NCBI GenBank assembly: GCA_965228735.1
Contig: OZ245838.1
Location: 448,001 to 512,000, forward strand
DNA: 64,000 bases
From: Planctomycetota bacterium
GTDB taxonomy: Bacteria > Planctomycetota > UBA1135 > UBA2386
Reading direction: 5' to 3'
The position numbers and the translations under genes are program-made. The number at the start of each line of letters is the position of its first letter. Positions within the stretch are counted from its first letter, which is position 1. This document shows positions 29,024-37,542 of the stretch, piece after piece. The notes under the pieces were generated by a model. That model searched no databases, had not been told where the DNA came from, and saw only the letters and a list, made by a program, of their open reading frames with translations.

Positions 29024-30715
29024 ATGAAGACATCGTGGTTGAGTTCGCTGTGCAGCGTGGCCTGCACGGTGAGTCTGATCGGATTGGTGCCCGGCCAGCA
29101 GCGGTCGAAGGTGCAGCGCCCGTACCCGGCGGATGGCCCGCGGGCGGAGCGCGGCGCGGCGGGCGAGACCCGCGGCCCGCGGGGGCGCGGCGGCGCCGCG
29201 CTGTTCCCGTTCGAGTTCCGTTCCATCGACGGCCACGGCAACAACCTGGTGCACGTCGAGTGGGGTGCCGCCGAGGTCACCCTGCTGCGCACGATGCCCG
29301 CAGCCTATGCCGACGGGATCGGCTCACCGGCCGGATCGCATCGACCGAGCGCCCGCCAGATCAGCAACATCGTCGCCGCGCAGGCCGGTTCGGTTCTCAA
29401 CCCTCTGCGCGCGTCCGACTTCGTGTGGCAGTGGGGCCAGTTCCTCGACCACGACATCGACGAGACTCCGATCGCGAATCCCGCGGAGCCATTCGATATC
29501 CCCGTTCCCGCTGGTGACGCCTGGTTCGATCCGGCCGGGACCGGGACGGTAACGATGCCGCTCGACCGTTCGGGCTACGAGATCGTGGGCGGGGTGCGCG
29601 AGCAGGTGAACCTCATCACGGCGTTCGTCGATGCCTCCAATGTCTACGGGTCGGACGACGCGCGGGCCGGTGAACTCCGCACGCTGGACGGGACCGGGCG
29701 GCTGAAGACGAGCGACGGAGACCTGCTGCCGTTCAACCTCAGCGGCTTCCCGAACGTGCCGACCTCGGGGCCGGATCTGTTCCTTGCGGGCGACGTCCGC
29801 GCCAACGAACAGGTGGCGCTCACTGCGATGCACACGCTGTTCGTCCGGGAGCACAACTTCTGGGCGGACGCCGCGCGGACCGTGTTGCCGGCATTGGACG
29901 GCGACCTCGTCTACGAGATCGCCCGTGCCATCGTGGTGGCCGAGATGCAGGCCATCACCTATCGCGAGTTCCTGCCGCTGCTCCTTGGACCGAACGCGTT
30001 GCCGCCGTATCGGGGCTACCGCGCCGAAGTGAACGCGGGAATCTCCAACGTCTTCGCGACGGCCGCATACCGGGTCGGCCACACCATGCTGTCGTCGCAG
30101 ATCCTGCGCCTCGAAGCCGATGGCTCCTTGCACGCATTGGGAGCGCTTCCGTTGGCGAGAGCGTTCTTCAACCCGCAAGAGCTCGTCGCAACCGGCATCG
30201 ACCCGATCCTGCGCGGGCTCGCCGGCCAACGGGCTCAGGCGGTCGACTCCTACATTGTCGACGACGTTCGGAACTTCCTGTTCGGCCCGCCTGGCTCGGG
30301 TGGGCTCGATCTCGTCTCGCTGAACATTCAACGTGGCCGTGATCATGGCCTGCCGTCCTACAACGAGGTGCGCAGGCGCGTGGGGCGCGACCGTGCGAGG
30401 TCGTTCGCCGATGTGACTCGGGACCAGAGCATCCGCGCACGCCTCGCGCAGGCCTACGCGGACGTCGATGACATCGACGCCTGGGTCGGCTTGCTTGCCG
30501 AGCCACGAGCACGTGAAGGGCTCGTGGGTCGCACGCTGCAGAGGGTGCTCGCCGACCAGTTCCGGCGACTTCGCGATGGTGATCGGTTCTGGTACGAGTC
30601 GTACCTCGCGCCTGAGATCGTCGCGTTCGTCGACTCGCAGCGGCTCTCGGTGATCATCCGCCGGAACACCGGCATCGGTGCGGAGTTGCCGGACGACGTG
30701 TTCCGCGTGCAGTAG
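29024..30715 (+). CDS. Secreted animal-type heme peroxidase (peroxidase-cyclooxygenase superfamily)
   Basis: RSIDGHGNN, WGQFLDHD, FVDASNVYG, AGDVRANE, FVREHN, AYRVGH, NIQRGRDHG and RDGDRFWY. Confidence 0.93.
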   Translation: MKTSWLSSLCSVACTVSLIGLVPGQQRSKVQRPYPADGPRAERGAAGETRGPRGRGGAALFPFEFRSIDGHGNNLVHVEWGAAEVTLLRTMPAAYADGIGSPAGSHRPSARQISNIVAAQAGSVLNPLRASDFVWQWGQFLDHDIDETPIANPAEPFDIPVPAGDAWFDPAGTGTVTMPLDRSGYEIVGGVREQVNLITAFVDASNVYGSDDARAGELRTLDGTGRLKTSDGDLLPFNLSGFPNVPTSGPDLFLAGDVRANEQVALTAMHTLFVREHNFWADAARTVLPALDGDLVYEIARAIVVAEMQAITYREFLPLLLGPNALPPYRGYRAEVNAGISNVFATAAYRVGHTMLSSQILRLEADGSLHALGALPLARAFFNPQELVATGIDPILRGLAGQRAQAVDSYIVDDVRNFLFGPPGSGGLDLVSLNIQRGRDHGLPSYNEVRRRVGRDRARSFADVTRDQSIRARLAQAYADVDDIDAWVGLLAEPRAREGLVGRTLQRVLADQFRRLRDGDRFWYESYLAPEIVAFVDSQRLSVIIRRNTGIGAELPDDVFRVQ

Positions 30716-30878
30716 TGGCTCTGCGGAGTGGGGCGACCCGGCTCGCCAGCGCGGGTGCGGCTTCGCCGTTACCGCGCGCGGCCCTCGGTCCGCTAGGACG
30801 CCGCGCGCGACGATGTCGATTCCCACTCGGCATCGCAACCAGGCAACTGGCCCGGTGGGCACGTAGGCTTTCCTGGCG

Positions 30879-32891
30879 TTGCTGGCAGCACAGCACATTC
30901 AGCCTCCAGATGCCGTTGCCAACGACAGTCCCTTGACCAATAGCCAAAGACCACCCGGACGCGGCTTCCGCCGCCTCAGCACGCGCCTGGTCGTCTGGGT
31001 CGTACTTTGGTCGTTGGCGATTCAGTTGCCTCTGACCCTCTACGAGGCTTACGAATCGGGTGAGACGGTCCATGCGACGATCCGGGCCCAGTCGCGCACG
31101 CTCTCGGCGCTGACGATTCAGCGAATCGGCGAGAAGCGACGGTTCGTCGAGCGGGGCGCGCGATCTCTGGCCGAGCGGCTCACCGACCGGCCGAACCTCG
31201 GCGATGAGCCCGAGGCCTTCGAGCGCGAGGTCCAGGCCTTCGTACTGTCGAGTTCCGACGTGTTCGGTTCCGCCGTCGCGTTCGAGCCGTCTGCCTTTCG
31301 CGAGGGCCGCGAGGCCTTTGCCCCGTACTTCTACAACCGTGTGAACGGCGACGTCGGGCACATCGATCTGGCCGATTCCGAATACGACTATCGGACGAGA
31401 GACTGGTACCGCGTGCCCCTGAGCACGCGCACCGGCTCGTGGTCGGGCCCTTACGCGGATGGGGGCGGTGGCGATGTCGCGGTGGCGACGTACTCGTGGC
31501 CGTTCTTCTCCGGCGATCGGCCGATCGGTGTCGTCACCGCGGATCTCGCGCTCGCGCACCTCGAGGAAATCGTTGCCGGTTTGGAGGTCAACGAAGCCGG
31601 CTATTGCTTCATCCTGGATCGCTCCGGTGCGTTCCTCTTCCATCCCAACGGCGATCATCGGAAGGGCGGCACCATCTTCGATCTTGCCCGCCAGCATGGC
31701 AGCGAGGAGCTGCGACGGATCGCGAGCGAAATGCTCGCCAACGAGTCCGGGATCTACAGGAACTACCAGAGCGTGTACTCCGGCAGGTCGGCGCTCGTCG
31801 CTTACGCCTCCGATGCAGAATCCGGGTGGTCTGTCGGGCTGGTCTACCACCACGACGTCCTGCACGCCGCGCTGGCCCGTCTCAATTGGATCCGCTCCCT
31901 CCGGGGCGGGCTCGGCGTGCTCGCCTTGATCGCCATCGTTGTCATCGCGGCGCGACGAATCACCGTGCCCTTGCGCGACCTCGCCCAGGCGACGGGGGGC
32001 ATCGCGCGGGGCGATCTCAGCGGTCCGCTGCCCGTCGCCCGAACCGCCGACGAGATCGGGTCGCTCACGCAGGCCTTCCACCGCATGCGCGGCGATCTCC
32101 GTCAGTACATCGACGAACTCGAGAGCGCCACCGCCGCCAGGCAGAAGCTCGAAAGCGAGCTCTCGATCGCTCACGGAATTCAGGTCGGTATGGTTCCGCA
32201 GGGCGGCTCCGCGGTGGAGCGAGCCCCTCGGTTCGACCTCGCGGCCGAGTTGATTCCTGCCAGCTCGGTCGGCGGCGACTGGTTCGACTACTTCCTGCTG
32301 GGCCAGGATCGGCTCGTCGTCGTCGTCGGTGACGTCTGCGGTAAGGGGGTGCCCGCCGCGTTGCTCATGGCGCTGACCGTCTCGTGTATTCGCGCAGCCA
32401 CGCGTCACGCGCAGACACCGGAGGCGATCCTCGCGATCGCCAACGAGGACTTCGCCAGGAACAACGAGGCCAGCATGTTCGCGACGGTCTTTTGCGGCGT
32501 CCTCGATCTCCGCTCCGGGGAGCTGCAGTACGCGAGCGCCGGCCACGAACCACCGGTGATCAAGGCTCTCGATGGAGCGGCCACGATCCTCGAGGTCGAC
32601 CGTGCGTTGCCGCTCGGGATCGTCGCCGAGACCGAGTACACCGCCCGCTCACGGACGCTCGCCGCCGGCGAGACCCTCGTCCTCTACACCGACGGCGTCA
32701 CCGAGGCTTTCGACCCCAACCGGACGGTCTACGGCGAGGGTCGTATGCTGGAGGCCATCGCCAAGAGCACCGATTCTGATCCCACTGCTCTCAGTCGCTC
32801 CATCCTGGCATCCGTCGAGAGCTTCGCCGATGGCGCACCACAGTCGGACGACATCACCCTCCTGGCCGTTGCTTGGAACCATGAACGATAG
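30879..32891 (+). CDS. Cache-HAMP-PP2C (SpoIIE/RsbU-like) membrane sensor phosphatase
   Basis: Two TM segments flanking a Cache-like domain, HAMP (DEIGSL), VGGDWFD, GDVCGKG, YTDGVTE and DDIT. Start uncertain. Confidence 0.92.
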   Translation: MLAAQHIQPPDAVANDSPLTNSQRPPGRGFRRLSTRLVVWVVLWSLAIQLPLTLYEAYESGETVHATIRAQSRTLSALTIQRIGEKRRFVERGARSLAERLTDRPNLGDEPEAFEREVQAFVLSSSDVFGSAVAFEPSAFREGREAFAPYFYNRVNGDVGHIDLADSEYDYRTRDWYRVPLSTRTGSWSGPYADGGGGDVAVATYSWPFFSGDRPIGVVTADLALAHLEEIVAGLEVNEAGYCFILDRSGAFLFHPNGDHRKGGTIFDLARQHGSEELRRIASEMLANESGIYRNYQSVYSGRSALVAYASDAESGWSVGLVYHHDVLHAALARLNWIRSLRGGLGVLALIAIVVIAARRITVPLRDLAQATGGIARGDLSGPLPVARTADEIGSLTQAFHRMRGDLRQYIDELESATAARQKLESELSIAHGIQVGMVPQGGSAVERAPRFDLAAELIPASSVGGDWFDYFLLGQDRLVVVVGDVCGKGVPAALLMALTVSCIRAATRHAQTPEAILAIANEDFARNNEASMFATVFCGVLDLRSGELQYASAGHEPPVIKALDGAATILEVDRALPLGIVAETEYTARSRTLAAGETLVLYTDGVTEAFDPNRTVYGEGRMLEAIAKSTDSDPTALSRSILASVESFADGAPQSDDITLLAVAWNHER

Positions 32892-33324
32892 GACGCAGAC
32901 CTTCGCGGCGACGAGCTCCGATGGCGCGGCGCTCAAAGAGATCCGCCAGCAACTCGGGGTGTTCGCGCGGTGCGTCGATCCGAACGGATCGCTCGGCGGC
33001 GACGTCGAGACCATCGCCGCCGAGATCCTCGACAACATCCGAGAGCACAGCTCGGGAGAGAGTCGCGTCAACGTGCGCGTCACCCACGGGACCGCCGCGC
33101 TGGAGATCGAGTTCCGCGACGCGGGGGTCGCCTTCGACCCGCTGCAAGCTGAGTCCCCCGATCTGGACGTTCCGCTCTGCGAGCGCGATATCGGTGGCCT
33201 CGGCATCCACATTGCCTGCAGCCTCGCCAGCGAGCTTCGCTACCGCCGCAGTTCCGAAGGCGAGAACGTCCTCACGGTCCGGCTCTCCCTCTCGAAGGGA
33301 AGCGGTCGTCGGCCAGGGAACTGA
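32881..33324 (+). CDS. RsbW-like anti-sigma factor / Ser kinase (HATPase)
   Basis: EILDNIREH, FRDAGVAFDP and GGLGIH. Confidence 0.88.
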   Translation: MNDRTQTFAATSSDGAALKEIRQQLGVFARCVDPNGSLGGDVETIAAEILDNIREHSSGESRVNVRVTHGTAALEIEFRDAGVAFDPLQAESPDLDVPLCERDIGGLGIHIACSLASELRYRRSSEGENVLTVRLSLSKGSGRRPGN

Positions 33325-33371
33325 GGTTCATCATCCACATTCACGTTTCACGCAGAACTGGAGAATCACAC

Positions 33372-33752
33372 ATGAGCTTGAAGATCGTCAACCAACAATC
33401 CGGCAGGTCGCGCGCGATCCAGGTGGCCCTGAAGGGAAGCCTCGATTCCGAGACCGCTCCGCAGCTCGAAGAGCACCTCGACAGGGTGGTAGATGAGTAC
33501 ATCAAGACACTCACCTTCGATCTGGAGGACCTTGACTTCATCAGCAGCGCCGGCCTTCGCGTCTTCGTCAAGGTCCAGAAGACTCTCGATGCGCGTGGCG
33601 GTGAAGTCTTGATGTTTCACCTTCAACCGCAGATCGAGAAGGTCTTCGAGATCGTGAAGGCGCTGCCTTCGATGACTGTCTTCGCCAGCGAACAGGAGAT
33701 GGACGACTACCTCGAGACCATGCAAGCCAAGGCATCCGGGCAGGAGGAGTAG
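33372..33752 (+). CDS. STAS-domain anti-sigma factor antagonist (RsbV/SpoIIAA-like)
   Basis: LKGSLDSETAP and DLDFISSAGLRV. GGAG RBS. Confidence 0.92.
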   Translation: MSLKIVNQQSGRSRAIQVALKGSLDSETAPQLEEHLDRVVDEYIKTLTFDLEDLDFISSAGLRVFVKVQKTLDARGGEVLMFHLQPQIEKVFEIVKALPSMTVFASEQEMDDYLETMQAKASGQEE

Positions 33753-33898
33753 GGAGACGGACGACCGCTCTGGCCTTCTCTGATTTCCCGAGCCAGGACA
33801 GTGCCGCGAGCAGGCCGGTCTCGCGGCTGGCGACGTCAGGGGGATGCGCATCACTCGTACGGCCACGACCGCCCCGCCGCCCTCCCAACTATGACGCC

Positions 33899-34147
33899 AT
33901 GACCGTCCGCAACCTCGAGCAGCTCTTCCAGCCATCGTCGGTCGCGGTAGTCGGGGCCTCCAAGCGTGCCCAGAGCGTCGGCGGCGTGGTCATCAGAAAC
34001 CTCCTTCGCGGCGGTTTCGACGGTCCGATCATGCCGGTCAATCCGAAGTATGCAGCGATCGCCGGTGTGCTGGCGTACCCGGACGTGGCGAGCCTCCCCG
34101 ATGTTCTGGACCTGTCCGCGATCGCCAGCTGGCCGGTTTTGAAGTGA
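33899..34147 (+). pseudogene. Truncated N-terminus of an acyl-CoA synthetase (NDP-forming) / Pat-type acetyltransferase
   Basis: MTVRNLEQLFQPSSVAVVGAS...PVNPKY...AYPDVASLP CoA-binding domain, cut off by an IS end. Confidence 0.85.
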
Positions 34148-34181
34148 CCGCAACTGGCCGGTTTCAAGGTGTTCCCCGAGG
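34129..34181. mobile_element. Orphan terminus of a probable IS21-family element
   Basis: Two repeats, CTGGCCGGTTTTGAAGTG and CTGGCCGGTTTCAAGGTG, 25 bp apart and ending in CCCCGAGG. Tandem subterminal repeats are typical of IS21 ends. No transposase nearby. Confidence 0.6.
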
Positions 34182-34211
34182 TCTCCTGGCCCTTCTTCGA
34201 GCAAGAGGAAA

Positions 34212-34229
34212 TGGAGCGGGTGATCGGGA
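34212..34229 (-). repeat. 18-bp tRNA-Gly 3'-end fragment (att-like)
   Basis: Minus strand TCCCGATCACCCGCTCCA; 17 of 18 identical to 41189-41206. Confidence 0.65.
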
Positions 34230-34348
34230 GCCCACGGCTGATTCTGCATCTGTGGGCTAGCCGGGCGTGCTGCCGCATCGTTCGGAGCGACCTCGCAACA
34301 CCTTGTCGACTCCGGCTCACCTGCGCAATGTCGCCGCAGCACATGCGA

Positions 34349-35767
34349 TCACCTGCCGGTTCGGCCGCCGGTGGCCCGTGGCGATCGGGGCTGCTTCGCC
34401 TCGTTGCCGTCGCCCTCGTCCTGCACGTCGCGGCCGGTGACTGCCACGTTGTCTCTAGCGAACTCGGTGAAGTGCACCGGGTGGAGCGTTTCGTTGATCA
34501 GGGTGACTCGCCTTGCGGCGTTGTACCGGCGCAGTTCGCCGATGTCGGTATTCTCCTTCGTGTATCGATCGCCCGTCGTCCCGACGATGATCGGTCGAAG
34601 CTTCTCGGGTTCGCTCGTTCTGCTGGAGGTGATCTTGATCCGGTGCCCGCTTCCGGCGATCTCGGCCAGGGCGTGGTCGCCCCTTTCCTGCACGGCGGCA
34701 CCGAGCAACTCCAGCTCGATGTCCGCATCGTGGCGGTTGCTGTAGGGCATCGTGAGCAGCGGCGAGAAGGCCGCGTCTCCCTTGCACCGGCGAACGACGC
34801 CGCTCGGCGGAACGCTGTAGGCGTGGCCTCCCGACTCCAGCACGACGCAGTCGGTGACCGTTCCGCCACTGGCCATCGTGATGGTGATGCCGCCACGCAT
34901 GCGCTTCACCACGCACTTCTCGACCGTGATGTGGCCGGTTCGGCGCTTGTTGCCCTCGCGATCGCTTCCGTTCAGATAGGCGCGAATGCCGTCCTCAGTG
35001 AGGCTCAGCATGTGGCCCTTTGGGATCGCCTCCCCCTTCCTCCATGGGGGGTACATCACTCGGTAGTCATGCTCCTTGGCGAGGCCGGTTTGCTCCTGGT
35101 AGATCTCATCAGTCAGGCGCAGCGCGCCCTTCATCGTGACGCCTCGGATCACCGTGTCCTGCGCGCCATGGATGTGGATGCCGTGACCGAAGGCGTACAC
35201 CTCGAAGTCGCAGTCCTCGACCAGCGTCCGGTCGCCCAGGATCGCCATGGCGGAGTGCTTCTGCAGCTTCGTGAACGCACCGCGGCCCTTGCCGTACAGA
35301 TCGCCATAGCCGTAGGGCGACGAGCCGCGGATGGTGATCTTGCAGCCTCGGAACACGTTGTCGTTGCCGAGTACCGTGAACTCATTGATGCCCCGGGGCG
35401 CGGCGTGCTCGCCGATGTCGACGAACGCGCCACCGATGATCTGGATGTGGTCGCCTTCGAGAAGAAACCCGCTGTGTTCATGCGGCATTCCGCGGGGCAT
35501 GTCCGCGTGGACCTTCGTGTCGGTCTCGATCCTCACGCCCGTGAGGTCGATCCGGTTGTTGGAGCCGCTGAAACGGAACACGATCTTCGGGTCGTCCGAG
35601 TAGATGCGGTCAATCAGGTAGGAGCCGGGCTTCAAGCGGACATGGTTCCCGCTCATCGCCGCGTAGACGGCGAGTTCCTTCAGCGAGGATATCTCGACCG
35701 GCTTTGCGTCGGTTTGTGCAGCCGGTGCGGTCAGCATCGAGATCGCTACCACCCATGTCCGTATCAT
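34349..35767 (-). CDS. Secreted right-handed beta-helix (pectin lyase-like) protein
   Basis: Signal peptide, HVRLKPGSY, and repeated beta-helix-like strands (TLVEDCDF, DTVIRGVTM, ITVEKCVV). Confidence 0.75.
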   Translation of the reverse strand: MIRTWVVAISMLTAPAAQTDAKPVEISSLKELAVYAAMSGNHVRLKPGSYLIDRIYSDDPKIVFRFSGSNNRIDLTGVRIETDTKVHADMPRGMPHEHSGFLLEGDHIQIIGGAFVDIGEHAAPRGINEFTVLGNDNVFRGCKITIRGSSPYGYGDLYGKGRGAFTKLQKHSAMAILGDRTLVEDCDFEVYAFGHGIHIHGAQDTVIRGVTMKGALRLTDEIYQEQTGLAKEHDYRVMYPPWRKGEAIPKGHMLSLTEDGIRAYLNGSDREGNKRRTGHITVEKCVVKRMRGGITITMASGGTVTDCVVLESGGHAYSVPPSGVVRRCKGDAAFSPLLTMPYSNRHDADIELELLGAAVQERGDHALAEIAGSGHRIKITSSRTSEPEKLRPIIVGTTGDRYTKENTDIGELRRYNAARRVTLINETLHPVHFTEFARDNVAVTGRDVQDEGDGNEAKQPRSPRATGGRTGR

Positions 35768-35889
35768 GATTCTGGTCTCAGGGGTTGGTTCAGGTGGTCA
35801 TCCACGATTGCTTCCGCTGCCTGGCTTGCCGTTGCCGAGGAAGGTCGCCTCGGCCCAACTCGTTCGCTGCCTGCCTGGCCGGATCAGAG

Positions 35890-36212
35890 CGCGATTCGAA
35901 CACGGCGCGCAGGCGTGCCGCAATCTCCGAGTGCTGCGACAAAGGCGTCATGCCGCTCCAGGTGATCCTCGCGCAGCGAGTAGAGCTGTTGGCTACCGTC
36001 CTTGAATCGGCAGAACTTCCATCCGTCCTTGTCGATCACGACCCCCTTCATGATGCCGCGGCCGCGGATGAAGATCCAATCATGGCCGCGGTCCGGCTCG
36101 CCTGAAGCGTCGCGAGGTAGGATCGACCGTCCGTGCGGGTGACGCGAGGATCCTCGAGGCCGACGATCTCGGCGAGTGTCGCAAGAAGGTCGTAGTGCGT
36201 CGTCAGGCGATC
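35890..36212 (-). pseudogene. Degraded duplicate of the sulfatase 3' end
   Basis: Closely similar to ~3072-3397 (for example tccaggtgatcctcgcgcagcgagtagagctgttgg), with substitutions and indels. Confidence 0.85.
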
Positions 36213-36270
36213 GCCTACGGCGGCATTACCAGCGCCTGGTCTACGGCTGGGATCCTGACGCTCACTGCTG

Positions 36271-36540
36271 ATGGCCGCGCCGTTCGTCGCGCCTGTGCGT
36301 CTGGAACGTGTCGACGTCGGCGGACTGATCCTGCCGATCGCGACGGCCGAGGACAGCGTGCTGACGAAACTCGAGTGGTTCGAGAAAGGCGGCCGAGCTT
36401 CCGACCGTCAGTGGCGTGACGTGCTCGGAGTGATCAAGGCGCAGGGTGAACGCCTGGACGTTGCCTACCTCGAGCGCTGGGCCGGTGATCTCGGGCTGAG
36501 CGAGATGCTCGATCGCGCGTTGCGTGAGGCGAGCGGCTGA
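36271..36540 (+). pseudogene. C-terminal half of a nucleotidyltransferase-like (toxin-type) protein
   Basis: ATAEDSVLTKLEW...SDRQWRDVLGV...LDVAYLERWA. The N-terminal catalytic half is absent. Confidence 0.6.
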
Positions 36541-36767
36541 CCGGCGGCGCCATACTATGGGCCAAGTGCCAAGCTCGGAGTGCCCTTGCCGGCCGGCTGG
36601 GGGATCGAGATCGGCGGTAGAGCGACTGCGCCGACCGGGTCGATGCCGAGCGTGCCGAGGCCGGGACGGGGATCGAGGCCGGCGCGAACGCTGCGAAGGG
36701 AGCGGCGAAGTCGCCGAGGCTCGAGGGACAGTGCAGCCGCCAGCGCTCGCGGTAGGCTGCGCATGGC

Positions 36768-37457
36768 ATGGAGCAGCCGCTGGATACCTGCTGGACGATG
36801 GTGCGGGCCGCATCACTCGGCGACCGGGCAGCGCGTTCGGTGTTCTCGCGCAGCTACGCGGCGGTCGTGCGTCGCTACCTCGAACACCGCTGGGCAGGCT
36901 CGGCGTTGCGCCAGGAAGTCGAGGATGCGCTGCAAGACGTGTTCGTCGAGTGCTTCAAGCCCGATGGTGCGTTGACGAAAGCCGACCCTGCCGGCGGTGA
37001 TTTCCGCGGACTGCTCTATGCCGTCGTGCGCAACGTCGCGCGCCGCCACGAAAGGGCCGCGAGCAGGCGGCGCGCGCGGGAGGGAGCGGCCGAGTTGCAC
37101 CCGGACGATGTGCCGGATCGCGCCGAGGCGTTGTCGCGCATGTTCGACCGCACCTGGGCGCAGGGCGTGCTGCGCGAGGCCGTGTTGCGGCACGCCTCAC
37201 GCGCGCGCCGGGGCGCCGCCGACTTCCGGCAGCGCTACCGGGTGTTGCGACTGCGCCATCATCGCGGCCGGTCGATCCAGCAGATCGCGGCCGATCTCGG
37301 TGAGGCCGATGTCGCGGCGGTGCACAACGCCTATCGGCGGGCGCGGCGCGAGTTTCGCCTCGTCCTTCGCGAGGTCGTGGCGCGGCACACCGGCGCCGAA
37401 GGTGAGGACAACCTCGACGCCGCCTGCCGCCGCGTGACCGCGCTGCTCGGCTCCTGA
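36768..37457 (+). CDS. ECF-type sigma factor associated with a Ser/Thr kinase
   Basis: TCWTMV start, EDALQDVF, FRGLLYAVVRN, FDRTWA and a region 4 HTH. Confidence 0.85.
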   Translation: MEQPLDTCWTMVRAASLGDRAARSVFSRSYAAVVRRYLEHRWAGSALRQEVEDALQDVFVECFKPDGALTKADPAGGDFRGLLYAVVRNVARRHERAASRRRAREGAAELHPDDVPDRAEALSRMFDRTWAQGVLREAVLRHASRARRGAADFRQRYRVLRLRHHRGRSIQQIAADLGEADVAAVHNAYRRARREFRLVLREVVARHTGAEGEDNLDAACRRVTALLGS

Positions 37458-37542
37458 TCGGCGGCACGATCGCGGGTTTTCCGGGATTCCATGACTGAAA
37501 CGGGTTGGCGGGCGATGTTTTCGCGACACTGGAACCCGGCCG

